From: Pelomyxa schiedti | Taxonomy: Eukaryota; Protista; Evosea | DNA length: 64,000 bases | Direction of reading: 5' to 3' | Assembly (NCBI GenBank): GCA_020536535.1 | Contig: JAHLWZ010000836.1 | Coordinates: forward strand, 1-64,000 | Shown: positions 11,094 through 22,736 of the stretch, one piece after another | How positions within the stretch are numbered: the first letter of the stretch is position 1 | How the letters are laid out: every line of letters starts with the position of its first letter | The notes under the pieces: generated by a model | What the model was told of the DNA's origin: nothing | The model's input: only the letters and a program-made list of their open reading frames with translations | Database searches by the model: none | Position numbers and translations under genes: made by a program

Positions 11094-14069
11094 ATGGTGT
11101 CGCGCCAAAACTGGAACAAGCAGGGTGCGTTGTGCTCGCTTGCTGATCTCGACAGTTTCATTGCCATTATGGGTAGTGGTCATTGTTGTTGCGGTGTCGG
11201 CGTTGGTGGATGTGGCAACGCTGATGGGGGGGCGGTGGCTTCGCCTACTTATGGGAGCGACCTTAATAGTGGTTGTCACTTCTTTGGCTTGTGTGCATTT
11301 TTCTGAAAGATAGTAATTTCACTACCAGGTGTTGGAAATGGAAACAATTCTGGAAGTAATAATGAGTGTTGGTGGCTGTGTGGTGTTGATGGACATAGCT
11401 GTATACATAAGATAGAGAAGTTACGTCCAAGGTCCACACCAGGAGGCAAAAAGCTCCATTGTTGCCACGGTAAATTCCCCCGCTTCCTTGCTTTTTTTTT
11501 TTCAATTCTTTTGGCTTTTGTAACAAATAAAACAGATATGATGGGAGGCTACCTGGATAAAGATTGTACAATTCAAGGTATCTTATTCTGCTTCCGTTTC
11601 TTCATGTTAAATACTACCAGGGGAGGGATTAGTACCTGAACCAGCTGTCTATAACATAAGAAATTGGCAGGTTTTGTCCCATGCGCCCTGATACCTACCA
11701 ACTACCAAGTAGATAATTGACAGTTTTTGTTATTTCAGGTGCGCCTCCCACCTTCACATTATCGTGATATACTTGCTTATTGTTGATAACTTACCGTATC
11801 AAGTCATAATCGTGTTACAATTCCACCAGCCTGCTGGATAAACTGTGGACATATCAATGGGACCAAAGTTTTGGTCTTTTCTTATTTAATTTTATTTATG
11901 TTCTCACCCCATTTTAGGGGACCTTTATTACTGAATGGGGTGAAGGCTTCACTGAGTGTCAAACCCTTCTTAAGGATCCAATAGTTGCTTCCTTTGGTCG
12001 CACGTAACATGTTAATTCTGCACAGGGGTACTCAGAAAAACTAGCCAAATTAATGCAACGATTTTCGTTTGATGGCTGGCTTCTCAACATAGAGAACAAG
12101 ATTACGCCAGAATCGATGCCGTCACTTTTCTTGTTTGTAAATACTCTTACTGAAGCCTGTCACAAATACAACCCACTCTCCCTGGTATGCTGCTCTACTG
12201 TTTCAGCCCAATTTAGATGTTTTAGGTTTTGTGGTACGACTCCGTAACGGTAGAAGGGGCTCTTGAATGGCAGGTGAACCTATTCACATTGGTAAACGTT
12301 GTAACTCTACAAAGAATCAACTTACCCCGCGAAACATCCATTTCTTTGGTCTGTGTGATGGGCTATTCACAAATTATTGCTGGTACCCTGCGAAATTTGG
12401 TATATTAGACTCAAACATTGTGGGGGAAAATAGGAAACCTGGATTTCCAAAGACTTCAAGTGAACTTGCAGGGGCTCGGAAGTATGACATCTATACAGGA
12501 ATAGATGTATTTGGGCGGCATACCCCTTTTGGCCCAGGTTTTGAGTGTTGTCAATCTGTTGAGTCAATTGCCAATGGTTAATCCTACACATCCACAAGTG
12601 CATTATTCTGATTACATGAAGATACTTCTGTTGCTCTGTTTGCTCCTGGTTGGGTGTATGAGAATCTGGAAAAGTGACTTGTTTCGTTTCCCATCTAGTC
12701 TAATTCCTTTCACTACAGAAGTGATTTCATTGCTAACAATTCACGGTTCTGGAATCAACTGCAACAAAATTTTGCAATACAGCCCTTAGAGTTCCAACCA
12801 GGCGAGGTTTTTTGTACCACATTTGATCAAGGTACAAAAAAACCCAAAGAAATCGAACTTGCCAAGACAGTACAGGATATGGTAATAGTCTATCAGTTGC
12901 TGGGAAAAATCTTACCTCCACTTTCAATTCCCCGTGGGTAAATATTAACTTCCAGGTTCCTCTGCAGACAGCATAATAATTTAACCAACTATGGAATAGG
13001 AACTACTCCCCTCATATGGTGACCCACATAGTTTCATCTATCAAAATGGTCGCCCTCCAATCTTGTGACATGAGAAAACAGCTCACTTTTAATAGGGGCT
13101 TCTGTGTCTACTACCATCGTTGCCTCTTCACAAGCCTTCAGTGGGGGCAGCCTTCTTGAGATAAAGTCATCTGAACCACTGCCTGCACTTCCTGACAATT
13201 ATGCAGTTGATTTATTTTCTCTCAACTATCCGGTTTGTATTTGGTTTTTCTTTATCTCCTTTTGATCCTTCTAGTGCACAGGGAAAACTATTGTTACATT
13301 TGTGGTGAACTGCGATACAATTTCATTCATGTTGAAGGTGGAATCGATTGGGGAAAGCTCGCAATCAACCCATTCTGCATATGTGGCTCTTGTATCACAA
13401 GGAAGGGTTCGCACTCATTTTCCCCAACGAACTTGTAACCGCACCTAGCCGAAAAATCCTGCTGTGCACCTGTCACCAAACGGCACAGTTACTCCAAGTT
13501 TATGCCAAGAAGCTCAAGCCGTGATACACCTTTCCGGGGCATGGATTCAAATGTGCTTTGCACTGGACCTTGAAGGCAAAAGAATCACATCCTTAAGTGC
13601 ACTACTGAGCTACTCGGAGACCAGCCCGGTCGTGCGCCTGGGCGGAATATCCATCCACAGCAGCGGGATGTCACAATCACCCCAACCTCTTCCTCAATCG
13701 GCACCAATCCAGTTCACTTCCAAGAGCTATCACTGCTCTGGTGAAGAATCCGGGGACATCCTGGCCCTCAGATGGGATCCCATAAGCAACCCGGAGCCCT
13801 CCTACATGCTCATCCACTACCGTTCCAGTTCCGGCACTGTACCCGGGACCGGAACCGAAACCGGAACTGGAACTGGAACCGAGACTGGGACGAGTACCCC
13901 GACCACAATTTGCCTAGGCCGGACCAAGAATAACTGGTTTGTTCTGACTCATGCCACTCTTCAGCAACTCCAGCAGAGATACAATAATGGGACACCTCTG
14001 TCTCCTCACGATAACTTGCACATCGAACCAGTCTGGTATTGTGGACTCAGTCCTTTTGGTGGTGTGTGA
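11094..14069 (+). CDS. ENGASE: Endo-beta-N-acetylglucosaminidase, GH85
   Basis: Spliced CCH|DMMGGY signature, FSHYRVTIP-like segment, FDGWLLNIE, CDGLFTNYCW, YDIYTGIDVFGR; C-terminal fibronectin-like region. Confidence 0.85.
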
Positions 14070-14200
14070 ACAAAATTGATGTTCAAAAAAGTGTCCAACT
14101 TGGGCAAACATGAAACCAAAAAAAAAACTGCTTCGTCGTGCAAACGCACTTTTTTTTTTCTTTTTGTAAGTAACGTGACACCCGCGCCCGGGTTTAAAAT

Positions 14201-15805
14201 ATGGACGCTGTAGCGAGTTTCAGCAGCAAAGTTCTGCAGGAGATCTTGTCGATACGGGCGCAGTCGGCAACTGCGCCGCCGCCACCATCGCCGCCATCGC
14301 CCACATCGCCCACATCGCCGACAACACCTCCGACATCTCCCACTAGCGTAAACACGGAGGACGACCGCATCCTCGACAGAATCAGCGACTGCATCAGCAG
14401 CAATAAAAACAACATCGACTTGGAACCCGAGGAGCGAGGCGGAGGAGGAGGAGGCGGGGAGCAGCACGTTGGGGAGCAAGGGGGATGGCGGCTCGGCGGC
14501 GGGGGGCCGCTGCCCGGAGCCGTGCCGTCCTTCGGGCTTAGGCAGCAGCCGCACCCGCCGCCGTCCTCGCCGCCCACTTCGTCGCCGCCGCCGCCGCACC
14601 CGCACACGCAGCCGCAGCCGTCCTCGGCGACTTCGCCGTCGCACTTCGGGGGGTTCCGCGTGGCGCCCCCCGGCTCCCTGCCCCCTTACTCGCACTCGCT
14701 CTTCCCGGAGGCCTGCTGCTCGCCTCCCCTCGGAGAGATAAGGAGTGCGCTTGGGCATGACTTCCGGTCTCTGTCGCCGCCATCGTCCCCGCCGCCGCCG
14801 TCGTCGCCGACGTCCCCTGCGTCGCCTTCGATGTGCCGCTGTGGTGGTGGGGGGGGAGGGAGCCAAATACAAAGTCAAAGCCATCAACATGATCAGGGTC
14901 ACCAATCTCACCAGCAACCGCAACCGCAACTGCAACAGCAACACAATCACGAGTCAGAACAAGTGCATGGGGATTGCCCTGAATCGTCGTCGCAGTGCGC
15001 GATGAGGGGCAGAGACCATAAGACTGGGTTTGCGGAGAGCCTCAGGAACGAATACATGTCTATAATGAAGAACGTGGAGTCCGACCCTGGGGCGACGAGG
15101 GCCGCTTTCGAGAGAATCGGCGCTAGCCTGGCCAAGATGATCTCATCGTCTCCAAGTGCTCTTGATCACGATTCTGTATCTGATTCGGAGGCCGCGGCTT
15201 TGGCGGACATGTACCTCTGCTCCAGTCTTATGTACAAGGGCGTACAGTACAACAGGGTTGTCAATACTCCCGGGAGGTCTGCTTTTCTCATTGGAAGCTA
15301 CTCTGTTTGCGACATGAGAGTCGGATCCATGATGCAGGGAGTGAGCCGCGTTCATGTAATACTGTTCTTGATTCCTGGAAAGAATGTTGTACTCGTTGAC
15401 CCAGGATCCCTTTGTGGATTTGTCTCTAAACCCTTTGACCAGCACAATGCCCCAGTACACACACATAGTCATGAGGAGTCTGAAACTGAACACACTCCTG
15501 ACATATCACCTTCAAAACCAGCCCACTCGGGCGGCAAACGGAAGCAAGTGGTGGTTTACAAATGGGCCCAGGCCTTCTATTTGAAAGTACCTGGAGTTAC
15601 TATGCGATTCACATGGGCAAAAGAGTGTGTAGTGTGCCTATCTCTACCTCGCAGCATTCGTTTCAACTGCGGGCATTGCGTTACATGCCACCACTGCTCC
15701 AGACATGTTCGTGAATGCCCAGTGTGCCGTTTGCCCGTTGGTTTTCTTGTTAACGACCTTTCCAACAACTTGGCAACCTTTGTTAGCTATGGAACCAAGT
15801 CTTGA
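14201..15805 (+). CDS. FHA + C-terminal RING E3 ligase, intronless
   Basis: FHA-like IGSYSVCD...VSRVH...VDPGSLCG; RING CVVCLSLPRSIRFNCGHCVTCHHCSRHVRECPVCR; Pro/Gln-rich N-terminal half. Confidence 0.75.
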   Translation: MDAVASFSSKVLQEILSIRAQSATAPPPPSPPSPTSPTSPTTPPTSPTSVNTEDDRILDRISDCISSNKNNIDLEPEERGGGGGGGEQHVGEQGGWRLGGGGPLPGAVPSFGLRQQPHPPPSSPPTSSPPPPHPHTQPQPSSATSPSHFGGFRVAPPGSLPPYSHSLFPEACCSPPLGEIRSALGHDFRSLSPPSSPPPPSSPTSPASPSMCRCGGGGGGSQIQSQSHQHDQGHQSHQQPQPQLQQQHNHESEQVHGDCPESSSQCAMRGRDHKTGFAESLRNEYMSIMKNVESDPGATRAAFERIGASLAKMISSSPSALDHDSVSDSEAAALADMYLCSSLMYKGVQYNRVVNTPGRSAFLIGSYSVCDMRVGSMMQGVSRVHVILFLIPGKNVVLVDPGSLCGFVSKPFDQHNAPVHTHSHEESETEHTPDISPSKPAHSGGKRKQVVVYKWAQAFYLKVPGVTMRFTWAKECVVCLSLPRSIRFNCGHCVTCHHCSRHVRECPVCRLPVGFLVNDLSNNLATFVSYGTKS

Positions 15806-15939
15806 AAAAAAACTTCGTATTCATAGAAATTTGGTTCCTTTTTTCTCTTCAGTTCTGCTTTTCTGACCATTTTTACCAGTCAAATCATTCAGTATGGTCA
15901 TTCACTCAATCAATGAATGGAATAGGTATGCAAGTTCAC

Positions 15940-16320
15940 TCAGAAGTTCGGATTGGTAGGAGGAGCAGTAGGACTCAAGCCCTCACCAGACCTTGTAGCA
16001 ATACTCTGTGCCCTTGCCGCAATGCTTCCCCTTGGAATTTCCTGCCTGCCACCTAGCTCAGCAGAAGCCTTTGCATGCAAAGCTGCAGCTTCAGCGCCAG
16101 TGATATTGGACATAGCAACCTCCTCCTCCGTTGGGGTCCTGGGACCCACCACCTGTGATGCCGGGCGCTCACCGCGAAGTGCTTCAGCAGCAAGGATATC
16201 ATCAGTTGTCATGGGGCAGCAACAGGCTCCAGTCTTCATGTGAGGGGGAGGGGGATATGCAGGCCCAGGCATCATTTGTGGGGGGATATTCTGCTGGGTT
16301 TGGTCTGTGGGTGGTTGCAT
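15940..16320 (-). CDS. Small Pro-rich protein with SMP (seed maturation/LEA)-like motif
   Basis: ITGAEAAALHAKASAELGG..IPRGSIAARAQSIATR resembles the SMP repeat (IT..DA..IQ..E...GG....GS.AA.AQSAA.N). Confidence 0.5.
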   Translation of the reverse strand: MQPPTDQTQQNIPPQMMPGPAYPPPPHMKTGACCCPMTTDDILAAEALRGERPASQVVGPRTPTEEEVAMSNITGAEAAALHAKASAELGGRQEIPRGSIAARAQSIATRSGEGLSPTAPPTNPNF

Positions 16321-16603
16321 CGCTTCGGCTTGCTTTCTCTTTCCTTGCCTTTGTGGTGTTTTGTTGAATGCTTTGTTTGACTTAGTTTCTGTTGTGCATT
16401 AGTGCTTTTTCCTTTGTGTTCTGGCAACTTGTTACACACCTTTGTTTCCCGCAATATGTCACTGTATGCTTTGCTTAACTTTGTTTCCCTTGTTCTCGAA
16501 ATTACGCTCTCTACAAGTAAAACATATTAGTGGTTGCTAATGCCTAATAGTATGGACCAAAATTTTGTTTTTTGGACAGTAAAGGTTTTTTTGTTCCGTC
16601 ACT

Positions 16604-18780
16604 TCAAGGGTTGGTTTGTTTCGTTGTAGTAGTTGATGCATTTGAGGCTGTGGTGTTTGGGAGTGATTGTTGTCCGGTGAACACTGCTCTAAAGGAGTAT
16701 TGATAGTTTCCATGACGAGAAAATTCATGCTCAACTACTCTTATGGCTGGGGGATTTTCCTCAGGGTTGCCAGTGGGGCCTCTGCCTGAGGCTATGATAT
16801 CGCGGTCCTTGTCCCACCTGTTGATTGAATGGTGATAATTAGAGGAAGGAAAGGAAATGGGTGCTTCCTGTACCCAAAGAGAGCAGAACTGGTCTTGTTC
16901 CAGAAAGGGTTTATCTCTATTACACGGACTTCACCACTATCACGGATGTACAAGTCTATGACATAACTGATTGTCGATAAATAAAAGAAGAAATAAGGGA
17001 AGGGTTCACCTTTTGTATAGGGGTCTAAGCTTATCCTTCAAAACTTGGTCAAAGAATTGTACGATCTGTTTTTGGATAAAACTAAGTTCAATTGTGGACT
17101 GTGAGACGGCTAACTTTTTCTTTGATGTGCTGTTTCTCAGATACAAGGCTTTCAAAAAAGCAAGAATGAAGGTACTGTGTGATAGCTGTCAACATTCCAT
17201 TGTGCACAAAAACTCTGAATTCCATCGAAGGATCAATTTGTTCCCATTTGCGAACTAGTACATTCATTTTAAAGAGACCCGGATTTACCTGCAGCCACCT
17301 GAGTTTACATGTTACATAAAAGAATGCAGGGTGGCTTCATACTGAGAAAGGTCTTCGTGGACACGTTGACTACAGGCAAGAATTTGAACAGCTTCGATTC
17401 CCCAATTAATTGCCATTGCATGATTTACCACTCTGAAGAACTCAATAGAATCACGGTTTGAATCACCAGCAGGAACTTGGCTCATTCTGGCATTGAATAA
17501 GGCAGAAAACCGTCCACCAAACTAGTGGTAATTTAAACTTTGGGAGTATTATTTTATCTGTAGGTAGAAAGAACCAACTGGAATGGCATCCTTTGGGCTC
17601 CGGGTGGATAGTCGTACAAAAGCAGCTCCTCCGAGTTGTTGAATAGCATTTTGAATAGCCACAGCTAATTCATACAGTATTTTGTGCTGAAATTCCTCTG
17701 CGCTGAGTTCTGGGACTGTCGTTGAAGGCATTTCTGATGTTACATTAACATCGTGGGGAGCCGTTACAACTTCCTTTGAAGAGGAAGTCTCAGAGGCTGC
17801 TGGCATCCTATCAGGTTGCTCACTTGGTAATTGAGGCACGAAAGGAACCTTTCTACTCTCAAAGCAATGAATGAGAGCTTTTGCTTGATCTTGGCTCAGT
17901 TCCAATTGAACTGTTGGGAAGGTGAATTCTGTCAGAGCTGGATACCAGCGATCAAGATCAAAGAGAGACTATTGCTTCACATTAGGAAGGCTCAGGGAGA
18001 ACTAAATAAATCATACTTGGTACTGCTTCATTGGAAGCAAAGTTTCTTCTGTAACTGTTTGAAAACGTTAAACGAAGCCAGACAAAATTTCCCAGGCCAC
18101 CTTCAAATGTAGGCGATTCACTTGTCGATAAATTGGTAACATAAGCATAAGTGACAACATGGGGCAGGTGATACTGTTCATCTTGTTCAGCACTTCTGGA
18201 ACAGGGAGTTAGTGATTGAATGCAAAAGTCAAGTACCTTTGGTACATTCGAACTATTGATTGGGGTGCATTACTAGTGTCCAGTTCCAAGTAGGATAGAG
18301 ATAAAGGGTCATCCAACAATAATGTAAAGGGTTTTTGAAATAGAGCTCCGGCTTCCGCCACAGCACGCCCACATATATCACTGGTCCTCAAATGTTCCCC
18401 GATAGTAGCCAACAAACTACCTATATAACAGAGAGCACGGAAGGATAAGTTGAACAGCCTCCATGACCAAAGTTAATGTCAGGGTGAAAGATAAACAAAA
18501 AACAAGGAAATTTTACAACAGCACAAAGAAGAAAATCGATACCAGTCTCCGGAGGTGCAATTGAGCACTCCAACTGCAACACCTTGAGAGTGCATGAGGC
18601 ACTACGAAACATCCTCACACTATCCAAGTGTCTTGGTTCCACCAACACATACTCCCTCTTCCCCAACTCTGACACCTCCATTCACTCAAAAACAAATAAT
18701 GCCCCCTCACCCGATGTGGCGAGGTGCCTTCTCGTCACTGTAGTTCGAATCACTGATGGATTTCTGGGAAAACTGAGCAT
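16604..18780 (-). CDS. Cdc123-like (R2K) ATP-grasp protein with N-terminal extension
   Basis: FDLDRWY..L.EFTFPT, GGAAFVRLSTRSPKDA, SQRVHEDL, IDPSMEFRVFVHNG.LTAITQY, SYV.D...VIEINPF; upstream exons join by GT-AG introns to ATG 18780. Confidence 0.75.
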
Positions 18781-18957
18781 AATGCGCACCGAATGCAAAC
18801 ACAAGTGTTTGTATTGTTGATGACTGTGTTGCGAGCTACAATGGTGTTCCCGCCTTATAAAGGCACTAGAATCGGTCAGTGATGAAAAAAAAAGATGGGG
18901 GTTTTTTTAAAAGTAAAAGTAAATTACAAAGGGCACATGGCTTTGTGTGAAGAGTAT

Positions 18958-20961
18958 TTACAAGATTGTACAAGGCTCCTCAGGCTCATATTGCGGTTGG
19001 GCTGGGCGCTTGTGGCTCCCAGTACCACCCACACCCCCACTTGATCCCATAACCCCGGGGTGGTGGCTGGTGGTGGGGCGTTCTGGGAGTTGGTTGTTAG
19101 CTTTCTGGTGCTCCTGTTCGTCAATGTGTAGGGCGAGGGCAAAGTCCGCGTCAAGCCTAAGTTTGGTGTGGGATATTCGTTTTGTTTTTTTTTTTGGTTT
19201 TTGTTTTGGTTTTTGGTTGGTTGTTGTTTGTGTTGGGGAAGTTACTGTTGGATGGAGTCATCTTTCAGCTTTGTTGGGGGTTTTTCTAGAATAGGTGGCG
19301 GCTCTGTGTAAGGGTGGAAGCTTCCATCACACAAGACAGTGTCTCCGTCAATCTAAAGAAAATGTGTGTAAAAAAAGTAAGGTGCCCAGTTATAAATACC
19401 GCACTGAACTTCTCCCACACAACAGGTTGGTGTAAAAAGCCGAGGTCAGTAACGAGAAGGTATAGTTCGTTCTTATGCTTCGTTATCACACTGAAGTGAT
19501 TTGACCTGATTTGGCATCAGTGGCAATTATCGACATATAACAGATGGTTACCGAAACAGTACGCCAAGTTCCCTTAGGTTTTTGTTTTTAGGGTACTTTA
19601 AGTTGACTGTTTTAAAGACTGGATATGATACCCTTCAACTAGTGCTTTGTGCAACTGTACTAGACCTTCCACTGTAAGTTGGTTTGAGGTATGTGAAAAC
19701 CACTTGTCGATAATATAGCCTTGAGTGTATTGGAATTAAAGTATTCCTTTACTGTTATACCTTGTCTCTGGAGCTCTTCTTCCTGTGGAGTAAGAGATGT
19801 TTGAGCCCCTGTTGCCACTCTCTCGTTCAACTGAGTGCAAGCAATAAGACGCTCTTGTGCAGAATTGTACGAAAGTGTTTGCAGTGCATTGTAGGTATCT
19901 CGGTCCTGGAAGTTCCTTTAGAAATTGTTCAAGGGAAGAAAAACTTGCCTGTTTATCGCAGACCCATCCATGGTAAAGATTTATCTGTATGATGTTAAAA
20001 AGGTACACCTCAAAATTGGTCACTGAGGAATCTTATTTAGGGGAAGGGGGAAAAATTATATGTCAAACAAGATAACCGCACGTTAACATGCCTGTGCAAT
20101 GTCAAACGCTAAGTGCCCTGGAGTAAATTCAAAATCCTGTGGTCTTCAAAGAGTCAAATTTTCATAAAAGAACAAAGACACGAACCCAGTAAATTTCACA
20201 TTGACGTCGAGGCCTGCCTGGAGATCCGGCAAAATCTTGAGAGCGTCTTCAACGTTTTTCTTGTGATTTGCTTTAAACGAGTCAATTACCTCAGGAGTTG
20301 CATCTAGCTAAACAGAGAGTGAGTTCCTACAAACCATAATAAAATGGGGAATAAATGTACAGGGATATCAGCAGGTACAGTTCGGAAATGGTCAGCCAGC
20401 ATCTCCACCTTGTAATATTTAACCAAACGAAAAAAAGGGGGTGCAAGATACCATTTGATATCCATAAAGGCCCTCCATCCTGCAAGTCAACTGTTTTCTC
20501 AAAAAAAGAACATTACCTATCTCTTAAAATGAGTATCAAGTAAAAGAGGGTAGAAAAAAACACAAAGGGGCAGGCAAGAATCCCATAATTCACGCACATA
20601 TAGCCAGCAGGGGACACGGCCCGTTCCTGTTCTGAATCACAATGCTCGTGTGCATCCCATCATACCAAACCACCTTGCTCGGGTGCCTCTCGTCAACCCA
20701 CCCCTCGTGCCCCGGAACCGACGATGCCGCGGGCGACATCATCGACGGGAAGGCGTAGGGAGGCGGCGGCGTGAGCGTGGCCCCGCTCGAGAACGTGAAG
20801 GAAGCAGGAGGGGGAGGAGCCGTGGCGGTAGGGGACGAGAACACAGCAGAGGAAGATGACGAGGCCGTGGCCTCGTGCGCAGTGGCCGAGGGGACAGGGG
20901 TGACAATGATGGGAGCTTCTGTGATGAGGGGCACGACTACATACGACGTGGTGCCGTCCAT
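18958..20961 (-). CDS. MINDY1: MINDY-1/2 family deubiquitinase
   Basis: QNRNGPCPLLAI catalytic Cys motif; C-terminal MIU-like LDADFALALHIDEQE; ends in CaaX box CTIL*. Confidence 0.85.
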
Positions 20962-21199
20962 CGAAAAATTTCCAACCAATTTTGATTGTGAGCTTGTTCT
21001 TCGAATGGAAGGCGGGAGAGTCACCCAATTGTGCAAGCCAAAATGGTTTGCTGGCAACACTCACTGAAATTGCGCGCTGCACCTTCCTTGATTCCCAAGT
21101 CAGGCACTAGGGACCAGAAGGAGCAGCGTGCCCATAATCCTGACTTCCCAGAAGGGGTAGATAAGCGAACAGCCGGAGAAAAATAAAAATCACCGGCGC

Positions 21200-21321
21200 A
21201 GGGCCAGGCGCATAACGTTTTTGTCATTCGCCTTTTACTAATGAGCAACCGTGCTCCTGGTCGTCAACTAATGCGCTTTGATCACGTATTTTTGTGATTG
21301 GGAGGGGCTTGTACTCTCCCT
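21200..21321 (+). ncRNA. U5: U5 spliceosomal snRNA
   Basis: Invariant 11-nt loop 1 CGCCTTTTACT (21229-21239) closed by TCATT/AATGA; CGCATAA and CCG around internal loop 2; CCAGG/CCTGG stem; Sm site ATTTTTG (21288-21294); 3' stem-loop GGGAGGG/CTCTCCC. Ends are approximate. Confidence 0.9.
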
Positions 21322-21389
21322 TCTTTCAAATCAATAAAAATTGCCGTCCGTCTCTCCGATCGGATAAACCACAGCCAAGAGGCGTTTCC

Positions 21390-22736
21390 ATGAAGCTGAC
21401 ACGTCGACAGCCCCACAATAGCAACGCACCCGACGCCTGCACCGACGCGTTCACGTCGTCCGTCACATGGTGCCTCGCTGCGCGCGACCAGTTCGTCGCC
21501 CTGGTTATGTGCAGCCACGCCCGGTGCGGCCGACGCAGCCCCGCCCGCATACTCACCCCCTCGGCTCTGCGCGACCTCGCCAACGATTGGATTATGAACC
21601 GCCACGCCTCGTTCGGCTTCAGCCTGCTCCTCCAAAACCCAGTCGGCGCGCCGCACCAACCACCACCACCACCACCACCACCACCATACAACACCACCAG
21701 CAGCAACGCCAACAACGAAGCCGACTACGACAACACCAACGACTCCACCCTCCACTGCGTCTCGTTCACGACGTCGTGCACCGGCGGCGTCGTCGAGCCC
21801 ATGGGGACCGTCTGCCGCAACGGCCGCATCGTCGGCTGGGCCGACACCGACACCGCGCTGGTGCTTGTCTCGGGCCCCAGGTCGCTGGACCTCGTGCCAG
21901 TCCTTGGGCGGCTCTCCGGGGCTCCGTCCCGGGGCAGCGCGTCGACGTTGGAGGCGTCGGAGAGTGTCGGACGAACGCAGACCTTTGCGTGCAACCGCAA
22001 GTGGGTAGTGTACGACGAGAGCCCGGAGAGGCTGGCTATATGGCAGGTGGACCGGCCTGGAAAGCCCCCGGTCGAAATCCCGTTGACCAAGTTCGTGCTG
22101 TTGCATCTGGAGCAGACTTTGCTGAAATTCACGCGGTCCATGGAGAACGGGCAGAATGTTACTATTCTTGCAAGTGCGAGTGATAGTGCATGCACTAGTG
22201 CAAGTAATAACAGCAACAGAGTGGTGGGGACTGATGATGAGCTCACTTTTGTGATGTATTGCGTGGACCGGACCTACATGATACTAATAGATGTGGCTAC
22301 CACCTACGCAACGAAAGATCTGGTCACTTTGTATGAGTTGGAACACCCAAGTGACTTTCACTCGACCGACTTCCTGCTTACAAGTGGATGTGAATTGATG
22401 GCCCTGATATCAGAAGGCACTGAGGAGTTTGTATTACACAATGTATTCACCGGCAAGAAAATTCTCATACCTGGTAACCCTTCCAATGCCTTCACACTGG
22501 GAGACTCCCAGTACGCAACAAGGTCATGGGCTGATGTTGGTGTGCACAGAATTTACAGTGTAGATGACCCACAAACATGCATGTTCACAGTGCCGGCACC
22601 ATGCCTTGTGTACAGCAAGGACCTCATCATCATTAGGAAAGGGGCTCACAAGTGGGAGATTCTGGATGCCACAAGCGGAACTATACTTATACAGACATCC
22701 CTTGATCTCTCTGGGATAAACCACCAAGCGTTCTAG
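21390..22736 (+). CDS. Hypothetical protein, intronless, lineage-family type
   Basis: Single ORF from first ATG (21390); N-terminal ARDQFVALVMCSHARCGRRSPARIL motif, then a beta-rich region with CNRKWVV. The ORF-track start at 21294 overlaps U5 and is not used. Confidence 0.75.
   Translation: MKLTRRQPHNSNAPDACTDAFTSSVTWCLAARDQFVALVMCSHARCGRRSPARILTPSALRDLANDWIMNRHASFGFSLLLQNPVGAPHQPPPPPPPPPYNTTSSNANNEADYDNTNDSTLHCVSFTTSCTGGVVEPMGTVCRNGRIVGWADTDTALVLVSGPRSLDLVPVLGRLSGAPSRGSASTLEASESVGRTQTFACNRKWVVYDESPERLAIWQVDRPGKPPVEIPLTKFVLLHLEQTLLKFTRSMENGQNVTILASASDSACTSASNNSNRVVGTDDELTFVMYCVDRTYMILIDVATTYATKDLVTLYELEHPSDFHSTDFLLTSGCELMALISEGTEEFVLHNVFTGKKILIPGNPSNAFTLGDSQYATRSWADVGVHRIYSVDDPQTCMFTVPAPCLVYSKDLIIIRKGAHKWEILDATSGTILIQTSLDLSGINHQAF

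Noticed and set aside
14006-14950. 314-aa antisense ORF (likewise 21282-22106, 44219-44812, 55410-56102, 57802-58770)
   Set aside because: Shadow frames of GC-rich or low-complexity coding sequence on the opposite strand or in another frame; no domain signal.
21101-21146. Initiator tRNA-Met-like anticodon CCCATAA with a possible intron
   Set aside because: No T-arm, no GG in the would-be D-loop and no acceptor pairing.
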